Source of the DNA: Octopus vulgaris
Lineage: Eukaryota
DNA: 64,000 bases
Assembly: GCA_951406725.2 (NCBI GenBank)
Contig: OX597823.1
Location: 21,266,001-21,330,000, forward strand
Direction of reading: 5' to 3'
The notes beneath the pieces are model-generated. The model worked only from the letters and a program-made list of their open reading frames with translations, was not told the DNA's origin and made no database searches. Position 1 is the stretch's first letter, and the number at the start of each line of letters is the position of its first letter. The translations under genes and the position numbers were made by a program. Of the stretch, positions 1 to 14,463 are shown piece by piece.

Positions 1-176
1 ATGCGCGCCTGTGTGTATGAGTGAGTATATTCAGAGTCGCTAGAGCGCCGGTTAAATCTATCCTGTCCCTTGTGCTTTCAGTTCACCTCAATACTAAGTC
101 ATCGTACCCCTTTTATCAATTCGGGGTAGATAAAGTAGTAGCATTATACTGTGGTCGATTCATCTCCTCCTCGCTT

Positions 177-345
<169 letters not shown>

Positions 346-1228
346 CACGCTCGCTCTCTCGGTCTATCTTTCACCTATCCTCTCTCTCTCTACACACATA
401 TATATATATATGTATATATATGCGTGTGTCTGCGTGTATACACATTTACATACTTTCATACCACTATATGCGTATTTGTATACATGCACACACACACACA
501 CACACACATACACACACACACGCGCGCGTATATATGGTTGTCTTAATCGATATCCAACTGCAATAGACAAAATAACTACAATATAAACCCGCCTAAGTAA
601 CCGATCAACCAATCAAACCGAAACCGAGGGGGGACACATTTAGGTGCTAGGCGAACCTGCTAGATATAGCAACCAAATCTTCCCTACACACAGAAACATA
701 AACACACGCATCTGAGATTGCGAAAAGACACTTTGGGTACTTCGAAACAACAACATCATAGCAAACACCGATCGTTACGGACGTTGCGGGGAAAGCATTT
801 CACCAGAGCCTGATACAAGGATAGACAGAAAAACGAGAAAGAGAAGCAAGCAGAAAAATAAGCTAATGAGGAAGTATACTAACTGCACCAAATATAAAAT
901 ATAAATATAAATATCGATCAAATATAGCAACCGAAAGAAAACACAAACAAAACAAGACGGAACGAAACGGGAGGAAAAATGAAAAGTTTACCGAAACGAA
1001 ATTGATGAATGGAAACATTAGGCAGTAGCAACAAGCAACCACGAAACTGACGGCACATGGTGTTATATTTTCCTTGTATTACAGTCAGCAACGGCAACAG
1101 CAGACGCTAACTAGTTTGCACAATGGATAAGTACGGTGCACTTAACACGCAGCGCTACTCTCACGGTATGTATGAATGTATGTATGTATGTATGTATGTA
1201 TATACATATATATATATAAAAATATAGA

Positions 1229-1265
<37 letters not shown>

Positions 1266-1374
1266 CATGTATATATATTGCATATATATTTTTTTCTTTT
1301 TAATAAATATACAATAACCTCTCTGTCGATATATATATGTACATGCATATATGTGTATATACATATACATGTAT

Positions 1375-1412
<38 letters not shown>

Positions 1413-1499
1413 GGGTATACATATATATATATATGTTTATGTATATATATATTTATGTATGTATATAGGTACACACACATATTTGTATATACTCATATG

Positions 1500-1533
<34 letters not shown>

Positions 1534-1619
1534 TGTAAATATCTATATGTATATAGATGCATATATGTGTGTGTGTGTGTATCGCTATACATATATGTAT
1601 GTACAATATACATCGATAT

Positions 1620-1655
<36 letters not shown>

Positions 1656-1670
1656 TTTATTTAAATAAAG

Positions 1671-1781
<111 letters not shown>

Positions 1782-2293
1782 TTGCGCTCAAGAGTGTGAG
1801 AGAAAATGCGTTTGTGCGTTAGTGTGTATGCATGTATATACACATGCACGCACATATGTAACACACTCACACGTACGTACATACATACATACATACATAC
1901 ATACATACTTACTTACTTTATACATACATAAACATAGATATAGATATAAACACGTATGCATACATATATGAAATTATGATATAGACACAGATGAATACAT
2001 TCACACATACATACATACAGACATGCCTGTATGTGCGTGTGTATATACATGTGCGCGCGTGTGTGTGTGTGCGTATGTGTGCGTGTGTGTAAGTGTATAT
2101 GTAAATGCATATATGAATTTATTAGTGCGCGTATGTATTGATATACATATGTATGTATATAGTGAAGGCATGAAAATAAAAACAAACAAGTGAATGCATT
2201 AATATACACAACTTTCTCTTTTTTTCTCTTACTCCTTCTCTCTCCTCTGTGTATACTTATATATATATATAAATATTTGTATATATGTATATG

Positions 2294-2340
<47 letters not shown>

Positions 2341-2349
2341 TATATATAT

Positions 2350-2389
<40 letters not shown>

Positions 2390-2503
2390 CTGTGTATATT
2401 TCTAATTGATAGCGTTATTCCGTAATACTTGTATCATATAAAAGTTGTAACAATAATTCATTCGTGTTCTGCCTAACTCTTTATCTATATATCTATCTAT
2501 CTA

Positions 2504-2558
<55 letters not shown>

Positions 2559-2563
2559 ATCTA

Positions 2564-2708
<145 letters not shown>

Positions 2709-3895
2709 GTTCATTCGTCCAGCGAATTCTCAGTGTTATTCTCTATCTCTATCATACTATCTTTTATTGATATATTTATATATATATATACACACATATA
2801 TATTTATACATGCATATATACATGCACGCACACACACACACACGCACACACACGTGCATACATATACACAGATATATGTTAGTGCGTGCGCGTGATAGTA
2901 TTGGATATGCCCCATTATAAATATTTATATTTATATGATACATATATTGATGTATATATAAATGTGTGTACGTGCAGTGTGAAAACAAAACAACATATAT
3001 ATATATATGAACATATACATTCTTATATATGCGTACATACACACACATATATATATATACACACATATATATACTTACACTTAAGCATATATATCTATTT
3101 AATTTATGTTTATGTTTTCCAGTTTCAGTTCTTGAGCTGTGCCCATTCTGGGGCACCGCCTTGTTTTTTCATTTTCTTTTTTCATTGTACAGTACACTCA
3201 CACACAGACGCATAGACACATGTATACATACACATATAAACACCACTAGGATATATTGTATCGTGTTTTTATAGGTTTGTGTGAATCTGTTTGCGCTTCA
3301 AGGAACCTCAAAAACATGTATGTGTATATGTCTAAGGATTTGGCTTCAAAACGGCCCTTCTGGCTAAATTTAATTCATTGAGGCAGATGATGTGCCCTTC
3401 GTATAGGAATGAACATCACCTAATCGTACTATACATATGTGAAATATTGAGCAAAGTGGTATTTTTTTTTTGGGGGGGGGGGTAGAATGTTTATATTTTC
3501 TTTGCAAAAGATTAAAAAGCCGGTCTCTCTGACGTGCAAATACATTTCTATATTTACGTAAACAGAAACACAATTATCCAAACATGCACACATACACGCT
3601 CACAAGAATACGCGCTCACACATTCACACGCACGCACATACACACACACACACACACACACAAAAACGCACTTAGATGTATGTATACACACACACACACA
3701 CACACAGAATACATAATGCCAAACACGAATAAACATACAGCGTACGCCACACATCTCTCTCACAGACACACAATCTATTACATTTATATAATGATTTGGT
3801 ATACACATGTAAACATACAGATAGAAAGTTATATATATGTATATGTATATATATATGTGTGCGTGTATGTGTGTGTATATATTTATAAATATTTA

Positions 3896-3956
<61 letters not shown>

Positions 3957-3975
3957 GTATATGTATGCATCTTTG

Positions 3976-4021
<46 letters not shown>

Positions 4022-4108
4022 TATGCATGTATCTGTGTATAAATAAATAAATATATATTTATTTATTTATTTATACACAGATACATATACATATACATAT
4101 ATATATAT

Positions 4109-4423
4109 GCTGGTGACGCAATGGCCCAGAGATTACGGACTGGCGGTAGTTGGATCGCGGTTTCGATTCCCAGGCCGGGAACACCTAAAACTCCACGAGG
4201 CCTCGCCAGGTGGGGGTGGCGAATCCTGCTGTACTCTTTCACCACAACTTTCTCTGTCTTTCTTCTTGTTTCTGTTGTACCTGTATTTCAAAGGGCCAGC
4301 CTTGTCACACTCGGTGTCACGCTGAATCTCCCCGAGAACTACATCAAGGGTACACGTGTCTGTCTGTGGAGTGCTCAGCCACTTGCACGTCAATTTCACG
4401 AGCAGGCTGTTCCGTTGATCGGA
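4109..4423 (+). mobile_element. tRNA-derived SINE (family C1)
   Basis: Degenerate tRNA-like head (gcaatggcccagagatta...ggtttcgattccc, A/B-box-like). Body segment ggcgaatcctgctgtactctttcaccacaactttctct is shared with the SINE at 15090-15347. Confidence 0.7.
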
Positions 4424-4429
4424 GTGACA

Positions 4430-4479
<50 letters not shown>

Positions 4480-4549
4480 CACATATACAAGCATACAGGC
4501 AATCATATATATACGTGTGTGTGTGTGTACATATATATTTTGCCGTTTA

Positions 4550-4792
4550 ATTTTTACTTGTTTCTGTCATTAAACTGTGGCCAAGCTGGGGCACCGCTTT
4601 GAAGGGTTTAGTTCGAACAAATCTCTCCTAGTACTTTTTTGTTAAGGCCTGCTACTTTATCCTACCGGTCTCCTTTGCCGAATCGCCAAAGAAATGGGGA
4701 ATTCAATAAACTAGCACTAGTTGCCAAGCCGCGGAACTGAACCCGAAATCTTGTCGTTGGGTAGTAAACCTCCTCCCACGCAGCCACACACT
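4550..4792 (-). mobile_element. SINE family B, internally deleted copy
   Basis: Minus strand reads gtgtggctgcgtgggagg...ggttcagttccgcgg (head) and ttcggcaaaggagaccggtagg...gcggtgccccagcttggccacag (tail), matching other family B copies. Confidence 0.75.
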
Positions 4793-4832
4793 TGCCTGTA
4801 CATATGCATGTATATATACATACATATATACA

Positions 4833-4988
4833 TTTCAAATTCCGCCGAGGTTGACTTAGCCTTTCATCCTCTCGGGGTCGATAAATTAAGTACCAGTTGC
4901 GCATTGGGGTCGATATAATCGACTTAATCTGTTTGTCTGTCCTTGTTTGTCCCTTCTGTGTGTAGCTCCTTGTGGGTAGTAAAGAAAT
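4833..4988 (+). mobile_element. SINE family A, 5'-truncated, tail type 1
   Basis: ttcaaattccgccgagg...gcctttcatcct..ggggtcgataaattaagtaccag core followed by the gtctgtccttgtttgtccc...gtgggtagtaaagaaata tail. Confidence 0.9.
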
Positions 4989-5060
4989 ATATTTATACAT
5001 ACATACATACATATATATATATATATGTAAATATACACACATATATATATATGTATATAT

Positions 5061-5095
<35 letters not shown>

Positions 5096-5276
5096 TATAT
5101 ATATGTAGATATAATATATATATATATATACCACATTAAGTAGTATACACACAGTCATGCGCGCACACATACAAAGATACACCTTGTGTGCGTGTATGTT
5201 TATGTCGATCATCTGCTATTTTGTTATTGCAGTTGATGTGTATCTCGTTGTATCTACATATGCATATGTGTGTCTG

Positions 5277-5309
<33 letters not shown>

Positions 5310-5499
5310 ATACATATGTTTGTGTGTGTATTACACACACATACACATATATGTATGTAGATATACGCGCAAATACCATATATGTTTACAATCATACATC
5401 GTTATACATCTACAGAATACGTGTTCATGTTCGAGCATACATACATACATACATACATACATACACATACATATACACACACTCATATTTGCATATGGG

Positions 5500-5775
<276 letters not shown>

Positions 5776-5995
5776 TAAACGACACTTACGCATGCACATA
5801 CACATACATGCAATCATTATATGTGCTCCAGCCTGGCCTTGGCTATCATGACTAAAATTAACTAAATATTTGAACAACACATACATTCACATTTATGTTA
5901 TTGTGTCCATGTTTATTTACTTCGCCACAAATTCATGGAAATATGCATGTTTTATGTGCACGCAGGAGCTGTGTGTGTATGTCTGCCTGCTTTTA

Positions 5996-6033
<38 letters not shown>

Positions 6034-6064
6034 CGGTGGTATATTTTATGTGTGATATGAGGCC

Positions 6065-6585
6065 GTTGTTGTTGTTGTTTTAGTCGTTGTTGTTATTGTT
6101 GTTAATTAGGTCTAAGTCCTGACCAAGCAGACCCATGGTCAAAAGAATTCTGCTTGTTACAGGTTTATCTTTATTTCAAACTATGAACTTGTGATTTTTT
6201 GTTTGTATTTTCTGGGGGTATGGGGTTGGATAGATTTGTTGTTGTTGTTTTAGCCGTTGTTGTTATTGTTGTTATTGTTGTCGTTGTTGATTAGGTCTAA
6301 GTCCTGATCAAGCAGACCCATGGTCAAAAGAATTCTGCTTGTTACAGGTTTATCTTTATTTCAAACTATGAACTTGTTATTTTTTGTTTGTATTTTCTGG
6401 GGGATGGGGTTGTATAGATTTGTTGTTGTTTTAGTCGTTGTTGTTATTGTTGTTATTATTGTTGTTGTTGATTAGGTCTAAGTCCTGATCAAGCAGACCC
6501 ATGGTCAAAAGAATTCTGCTTGTACAGGTTTATCTTTATTTCAAACTATGAACTTGTTATTTTTTGTTTGTATTTTCTGGGGTGT
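6065..6585. repeat. Tandem triplication, ~181-185 bp unit
   Basis: ttaggtctaagtcctga.caagcagacccatggtcaaaagaattctgcttg recurs at ~6106, ~6291 and ~6472. Confidence 0.93.
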
Positions 6586-6865
6586 TTTTTTGGTGGGTGG
6601 GATAGATTTAGCTGCTCTTTCATGCAGACCAAACTACCTCCTAGGCTAACTCCCATGCAAATGACTGGCATGTAGTCACATCGGCTAACCGGATTCGATT
6701 CTCTCACACACCATACACGCGATATCAACTAGTAACTGCATAAATGCTATTCATTCACTCCCACGGGTCACTTACTTTACCAAGAGAGCGGCAACATGGT
6801 CATTCGACTTGTTAGAAATATCAACTAAACGACCCTCAAATCACACGTTTTTGTTTTAAAAATAT

Positions 6866-7458
6866 GTTTCTTTATTACCCACAAGGAGCTAAACATAGAG
6901 GGGACAAACAAAAACAGACAAGCGAATTAAGTCGATTACATCGACCCCAGTACGTAACTGGTACTTAATTTATCGACCTGGAAAGGATGAAAGGCTAAGT
7001 CGACCTCGGCGAAATTTGAACTCAGAGCGTAACGGTAGACGAAATACCTATTTCTTTATTACCCACAAGGGGCTAAACACAGAGGGGACAAACAAGGACA
7101 GACATAGGTATTAAGTCGATTACATCGACCCCAGTACGTAACTGGTACTTAATTTATCGACCTGGAAAGGATGAAAGGCTAAGTCGACCTCGGCGAAATT
7201 TGAACTCAGAGCGTAACGGTAGACGAAATACCTATTTCTTTATTACCCACAAGGGGCTAAACACAGAGGGGACAAACAAGGACAGACATAGGTATTAAGT
7301 CGATTACATCGACCCCAGTGCGTAACTGGTGCTTAATTTATCGACCTCGAAAGGATGAAAGGCTAAGTCGACCTCGGCGAAATTTGAACTCAGAGCGTAA
7401 CGGTAGACGAAATACCGCTAAGCATTTCGCCCGGCGCGCTAACGTTTCTGCCAGCTCG
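6866..7458 (-). mobile_element. SINE family A tandem trimer (all tail type 1)
   Basis: Three ~183-bp units. Only the unit ending at 7458 has the full head (gagctggcagaaacgttagc); the other units join at gaaatacc|tatttctttatt. Confidence 0.93.
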
Positions 7459-7738
7459 TAAAAATAACAACCAGAAACACATTAAACAATACAGTTTCTG
7501 ATATACAAAATGTCTGGATGACCACGACTGTTTTGTATATCACAAAACAAACATAGGCCCGTCCTTTACGTCCAACGCTCGTTTGATGATAAGCAACAAC
7601 AGCTACAACAGTAGTATAACTGTAATTCATCTGTGAGAAAGGAAAAAAACACAAACTGCCCAGGACGATATCGTTCCCTAAACTACGGCCACCATAGACA
7701 GAATCATAACAGCATCGACAACAGCTTCAACGGCAACC

Positions 7739-7966
7739 TATTTCTTTATTACCCACAAGGGGCTAAACACAGAGGGGACAAACAAGGACAGACATAGGTA
7801 TTAAGTCGATTACATCGACCCCAGTGCGTAACTGGTACTTAATCTATCGACCCCGAAAGGATGAAAGGCAAAGTCGACCTCGGCGGAATTTGAACTCAGA
7901 ACGTAACGACAGACAAAATACCGCTAGGCATTTCGTCCGGCGTGCTAACGTTTCTGCCAGCTCACC
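7739..7966 (-). mobile_element. SINE family A monomer, tail type 1
   Basis: Full head, B-box-like gagttcaaattc, core and tail 1. Confidence 0.92.
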
Positions 7967-8104
7967 GACAACGTTGCCGACATCCTCTTAGAATAACAAT
8001 CAGTCTGCCCCATGTCCCATCCTATTGCCATTACAAAATACAAAAAAAGAAATAAAAAGAAAAAAATATACATTCGACATTGTAAGTTCGAAGACTATAA
8101 CCGT

Positions 8105-8272
8105 CACTTAGCGGTTCGGCCAAAGAGACCGATAGAATAAGTACTGGGCTTACAAAGAATAAGTCCCGGGGTCGATTTGCTCGACTAAAGGAGGTGCTCC
8201 AGCATGGCCGTAGTCAAATGACTGAAACAAGTAAAAGAATAAAAGAATAAAAGAATAACAGAATAAAAGAAT
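8105..8272 (+). mobile_element. SINE family B 3' half with (AAAAGAAT)n tail
   Basis: cttagcggttcggccaaagagaccgatagaataagtact...ggtgctccagcatggccgtagtcaaatgactgaaacaagt followed by aaaagaat repeats. Confidence 0.88.
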
Positions 8273-8559
8273 ATCCAGAATGTATTCATCCGGGTCTGAC
8301 CTTGGGCTAAATATCAGCAACAACAGATACCACTATCCACAGAGAATGTTGTGTTTATGTTCATAGTGGATCGAATGCACTGGTTTTCATACCCGTGGCG
8401 GAACTAATGAAACAGAATTCAATGCATCACTATAGGGTACAAGTCTATGGAGGCAGCCTTACCCAGAAAATAGGCAAAACAAAATTCTGTATCTTCTTAT
8501 CCGTTCTTTTCCATCTGCCATACACCGTCACAGAACAGATCTGAAATAATACTAATATT

Positions 8560-8759
8560 GTTTTCTACTCCAGGCACAAGGCACGGAATTTTGGGGGAGG
8601 GGGCCAGTCGATTAGATCGACCCCAGTACGCAACTGGTACTTAGTTTATCGACCCCGAATAGATGAAAGGCAAAGACGACCTCGGTGAAATTTGAACTCA
8701 GAACGTAAAGACAGACGAAATACTGCTAAGCATTTCGCACGGCGTGCTAACGTTTCTGC

Positions 8760-8760
<1 letters not shown>
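8560..8760 (-). mobile_element. SINE family A monomer, tail type 2
   Basis: Core plus tail 2 (ctggccccctcccccaaaatt...ccttgtgcctggagtagaaaa), abutting an (ATC)n(ATT)n tract. Confidence 0.9.
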
Positions 8761-8856
<96 letters not shown>

Positions 8857-9302
8857 GTTATAGTTGTTGTTGTTGTTGTTGTTGTTGTTATTATTATTAT
8901 TTATTTATTTATTTATTTATTATAATTATTATTATTATTATTATTATTATTATAAGTTCCGTCAAGATCGACTCCACCTTTCATCCTTTCGGGGTCGATA
9001 AAATAAGTACCAGTTGGACACTGGGGTCGATGTTATCGACTCATCCCCCTCCACACACATACTCAATTTCTGCCCTTTTGGCAATCGTTGTTATTATTTC
9101 TATCTGTTGGCATAAGGCCTAGAATTTTAGTGGGAGCACTTAACGGTTGTTCATATGTTATTGACCACGAAATAATAAAATGCCAAGTTGACCTCCACAG
9201 GATTTGAACTCAGAACGTAAAGAAGACGAATACATCTACAAAACACTCTGTTGTATGCATGTGTAAGGAAGAACTCTGCAAAAACAAAACATCTCAGGCG
9301 CA

Positions 9303-9710
9303 GTTTACTCTCTTTTACTCTCTTTTACTTGTTTCAGGCATTTGACTGTGGCCATGCTGGGGCACCGCATTTAGCCGAACAAATTGAACAAATGACTTAT
9401 TTTTTTGTAAGACTAGTACTTGTTCTATCGGTCTCTTTTGCCGAACAGCTAAGTTACGGGGACGTAAACAAACCAGCATCGGTTGTCAAGTGATATTGGA
9501 GGGCAAACACAGACATGCAAACATATACACACATACATACATACACACACACACACGCGCACACAGACGTCTACCAAATCAACTCACAAGGCTTTGGTCG
9601 GCCCGAAGCTATAGTAGAAGACACCTGCCCAAGGTGCCACGCAGTAGGACTGTACCCGGAACTATGTGGTTCGTAAGCAAGCTACTTACCACACAGCCAC
9701 TCCTACGCCT
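9303..9710 (-). mobile_element. SINE family B with internal CA/TG tract
   Basis: Head ggagtggctgtgtggtaagtagcttgctta..., CORE-like accttgggcaggtgtcttctact segment, internal microsatellite and conserved tail. Confidence 0.9.
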
Positions 9711-10174
9711 CCTACGTCTGTCTAATTTATCTTCTTAACTACTTCATCTTTTCTTGAATATTCTTTACTACTCTAGGCACAAGGCCCGAAATTTTTTGGG
9801 AGGTGGCCAGTCGACTAGATCGACACCAGTACGCAACTGGTAATTACGGTATCGACCCCGAAAGGAATACAGGCAAAGTCGACCTCATCTTATCTTGAAT
9901 ATTGCACCAAATACTGAAATGTTTACACCTGAAGGTGTTTAGAATTACACAGGTACACATGCGTACATACATGCATGCTATGCATGTGTGTGTGCGCGCG
10001 TGTGTGTGTATGCATACAGCCAAAATTGTGCACCATCGATAATATATATGTAAATACCGAACAGACATAGACATAAACATGCATATAGGTGCGTGTGACT
10101 CACATACACACACACACATATGCGACTCACACAGCCGCATATATATATTTTTTAGTATATATATATATATATAT

Positions 10175-10273
<99 letters not shown>

Positions 10274-10475
10274 TATATATCCATATATGGGTACAAGACG
10301 TTATCAGCAGTAAACAGCATGAAATACGAAAACAAATGATTTCAATACGCAAACAAGAGAGACAAGTGGAAAACAGGACAAGTAACTTAAAGAGCGGCTC
10401 TTCATCAGTTGTCGGCTGTACATCTACTCCTCATTACGAGAATTCAACGTCAGTATGAGTATTCGAAGACAGATG

Positions 10476-10527
<52 letters not shown>

Positions 10528-10591
10528 ATATATATATATATGTATGTGTGTGTTTGTGTGTATGTTGTATGTATGTCTATCTATCTATCGG

Positions 10592-10640
<49 letters not shown>

Positions 10641-10976
10641 GATTAAAACTCCGTTGCATTACGTACATAAATTGAGGCATCTTGTTAGGTCGGTATAATC
10701 CGGACACCCAAACACAATATTAACTGAATATTGAATATCAAGAGTCCGTGCAGTGATGTTTGTACCTGATATTCCTTCTGTGTGTGCAGATAACGAGACC
10801 CAGCTAAGTGAAGATATCCACTCCTGGTAATTCAGACATGTACGTTTTTATAAAGGTGCTTTCTGTAGTATTTCCGAAGTGCAGATTCCACTTTAAGTGA
10901 CTAAAATATGAGGAACAAAGATGTACATGCGCCAGTTCATTACCACCGTTTCGAGCGACACCAATAATGGATTCAG

Positions 10977-11287
10977 GAAAACATTACATCATTTGAAAGA
11001 AATTGTTTTTGTCAGATGGTCGCAGAGACCTCAAACATAAATGATACAACCATTTCTTTAACACATTTACATCAATAATGGAACTCAAAATATGTACATT
11101 GTTTCTTCTGTCAGATATGTGGCAGATATGTCATGTTCTGCCACAGATATGACAAAAGGAACCAATGTAAATATTCTGAGTTCCATTATTGATATGAAAA
11201 TATTAAGGAAATGATTGTATCCACCTATGCGGTCATCTATGCGGTCATCTGACGAAAACGGTTTCTTTCTAATGATGTAATATTTTC
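10977..11287. repeat. ~310-bp foldback (long imperfect palindrome, MITE-like)
   Basis: Left arm gaaaacattacatcatttgaaagaaattg... is the reverse complement of right arm ...cggtttctttctaatgatgtaatattttc. The arms meet at gtggcaga-(10 nt)-tctgccac near 11130. Confidence 0.9.
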
Positions 11288-11331
11288 GCTTGAACGGCCA
11301 TACTGAATTAACACCTGTACATCTTTCTTAC

Positions 11332-11396
<65 letters not shown>

Positions 11397-11435
11397 TGTA
11401 TGTATATCTATATCTATCTTTCTATCTATCAATCG

Positions 11436-11466
<31 letters not shown>

Positions 11467-11527
11467 ATGTATATATATATATATAGAGAGAGAGAGAGGG
11501 GGAGGGAGAGAGGGAGAAAGAGAGATA

Positions 11528-11622
<95 letters not shown>

Positions 11623-12162
11623 TTTATATATATATGTAAATGTCTAAATTGGTATGTAAAAATGAACGTTTGTATGAATGTATGTATAAATGTTCCCATG
11701 TATAGTAAAAAGATTGTGTGCTGAAAGCATACATAATAAAATAAGCTATTTCGTTTCTGCTTTTTTACTTGGATCGAAATTATATTTCTATGGAATAATG
11801 CAACGCAAAAAAAAAAGCATGTAATATAGTAATGTGTCATGTAGCTTCAAATCAAGGATTCCAATTATGTATCCACGATTTTCGTGTACTTTAGGTCAGA
11901 GAATTCAATTCCTTGGAATTTACATTTTTTGCATTTCATTTTCAATATCTTATGTTTTACTCTACTTCAACCAACGAGTAGATAAATGAAACTACTAGGA
12001 GAAAATATATCTTTGTTATGCTGCCGAGGAAGTGAATGGGTGTGATTTTTTCTGCATACGTTTAAGCTCAAAATGCCTTCCTATTGTCCAAAGTAATATG
12101 AAGAGAAAAGATATTTCAATATACAGATATATATAAATATATACACACACACTCACGCATGC

Positions 12163-12237
<75 letters not shown>

Positions 12238-12240
12238 TAT

Positions 12241-12640
12241 ACAAACGCATACCCTCCATCAGACACCTACCATATTCTGAGCGCCTTGTTTCCCTGGGCA
12301 TGGATTCACTGAAGCTCCGGCGTCTGGCGACGGACTTGGTAAACACCCACAAAGTTATCAACCACCTCACCAACAACAACACTGAACACCTTTTTGATCT
12401 TCATGTGTCTAACACACGTGGACATGCCTACAAAGTCAGAAAACAACACAGCTCCCATGACTTTCGGAAACATTTTTTCACGCTCAGAGTTGCTGAAGCA
12501 TGGAATAAACTGCCTGCGTCAGTTGTTGACTGCCATGACACTGCATCCTTTAAGGCCCTCATGCTTTCCGAAATCCGCCGAAACTACACCTGATTATATA
12601 TACACTTTAGATGAGTTGTAGTGCACCCGAGCACTGTACA

Positions 12641-12710
<70 letters not shown>
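12241..12710 (+). mobile_element. CR1/L2-type LINE 3' end (RT C-terminus, 3' UTR, (TTA)n tail), 5'-truncated
   Basis: Open frame ...LPYSERLVSLGMDSLKLRRLATDL...NTRGHAYK...RKHFFTLRVAEAWNKLPASVV... carries the Y.ERL..L..L..RR...DL, TRGH and FF..RV...WN.LP..VV motifs of CR1/L2-clade ORF2. Stop at 12593, then a short UTR and TTA tail. Confidence 0.9.
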
Positions 12711-12715
<5 letters not shown>

Positions 12716-12791
12716 CATATATATATATGTGTGTGTGTACATATGGGTGTGCATGTCAATATACATTTATATATGTGTATTTAGATATGTA

Positions 12792-12919
<128 letters not shown>

Positions 12920-13123
12920 TGGATACATGCGTATATGTATATATCTTTTAATAGTTCTGTGTTGTTTAAAAGATACCAATACTTTGATGCAAGCTTCGCT
13001 TTATACATACATACATGCATACAAACACATAGATGTATAAATGTATGTATGCATGTGTGTATACGTATGTATATACACACAGAGACAAATGCATATTTAT
13101 ACATTCACATATGTATAAACACA

Positions 13124-13187
<64 letters not shown>

Positions 13188-13663
13188 GTGTGTGTGTGTG
13201 TGTGTGTATGTTTCTGCGCATAGGAAACGGATTACTAAAACCAGTAGAGCAACTGAGGGATGCTTTGTGGAATATGTTCCGATTCCCTTTGCTCTGGTTG
13301 CAAATCCATTTAAAGACCACTTACTCGCAGTCGATACTAAAGTATCAAACAATTAAGATTGATTAGCGTAATTCGTAAAGCGACGATCTTAATATTTTGG
13401 GCTTTTGGCTCCAATTCAGTAGGTTTTAAATATGCAACACGCTTCCCGTTACTGAAATAAGGTGTGACATTTCTGCCAGGTGTGACAATCGGCAGATAAT
13501 ATCAGCAATTGAAACAGAAGGGAAAACAATTTCCTTAACAATTTCCTTGATTCGGCCGAAAATCTGTATATATGCATATATATCTGAGTGTGTGAGTGTG
13601 TGTGCGTGCGTGTGTGTATGATTTACATATAAGTAAATATATACATGTATGTTAATACATATA

Positions 13664-13698
<35 letters not shown>

Positions 13699-13813
13699 GG
13701 ATATATATATATATATATATATTAAATATGGATAAGATCGTTAATTTAAATTAAATATGGATCTTGTCAAGTGGCCATCATGGGAATAAAAACCTTCAAA
13801 GGCAATAATTACT

Positions 13814-14031
13814 ATTAAAATTATGATTTAGGGTATCTACGAGATACCATCATACTGAAAATACCAACCAAAATCTGACTCTAAAACCACATTAAATGTT
13901 TATACAGCACAAGGAGAGAAGACAAAATTAGAAAATAAACTAGCAAACAATTACTGGATAATTCCAGATCCCGGATTTCTGACTTTGCATTAAAAAATGC
14001 TTTGCCTCTTCAGTGGAATATACGCAGAAAG

Positions 14032-14114
<83 letters not shown>

Positions 14115-14268
14115 CATATACATATAACATATAAATACTTACATATACGCACGTATACATACATATGTGTGCACATATGCAACATTTAATGTGGTTTTAG
14201 AGTCAGATTTTGGCTGCTATTTTCAGCATGGCAGTATCCCGTAGACACCCTAAATCATAATTTTAATT
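13814..14268. mobile_element. PLE pseudo-LTR remnant: ~85-bp inverted repeat pair enclosing a hammerhead
   Basis: 13816-13900 (aaaattatgatttagggtatctacg...aaaatctgactctaaaaccacattaaatgtt) is inverted relative to 14181-14266. Confidence 0.7.
13961..14019 (-). ncRNA. Type I hammerhead ribozyme (PLE-associated type)
   Basis: Minus strand: ATTCCA CTGAAGA GGC-aaa-GCATT-tttt-AATGC-aaa-GTC A GAAA TC cgg GA TC TGGAAT. Perfect 6-bp stem I, intact CUGANGA/GAAA core, stem III ATC/GAT, cleavage triplet AUC. Confidence 0.8.
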
Positions 14269-14401
14269 TATATAAATATATATATGTATATATGTATGTA
14301 TATACATAGCTAGCTATATAGGTAGATAAATAGATATATCTATCTATATATATATATATATATATATATATAGCCATATACATATTTTATGTACATATGC
14401 A

Positions 14402-14463
<62 letters not shown>

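Noticed and set aside
3290-3366. aaaacggcccttc motif similar to the 38181 hammerhead 3' strand
   Set aside because: Both core strands are mutated and there is no stem I; insufficient evidence.
6866-7458. Regularly spaced repeats resembling a CRISPR array (also 26417-27243 and 48481-48700)
   Set aside because: Whole units repeat with no unique spacers, they are SINE-derived, there are no cas genes, and the context is eukaryotic.
10292-10412. Minus-strand ACAA-CTGATGA...GATAACGTC-TTGT hammerhead-like string
   Set aside because: GAAA is interrupted and the ~100-nt intervening region has no closing stem II.
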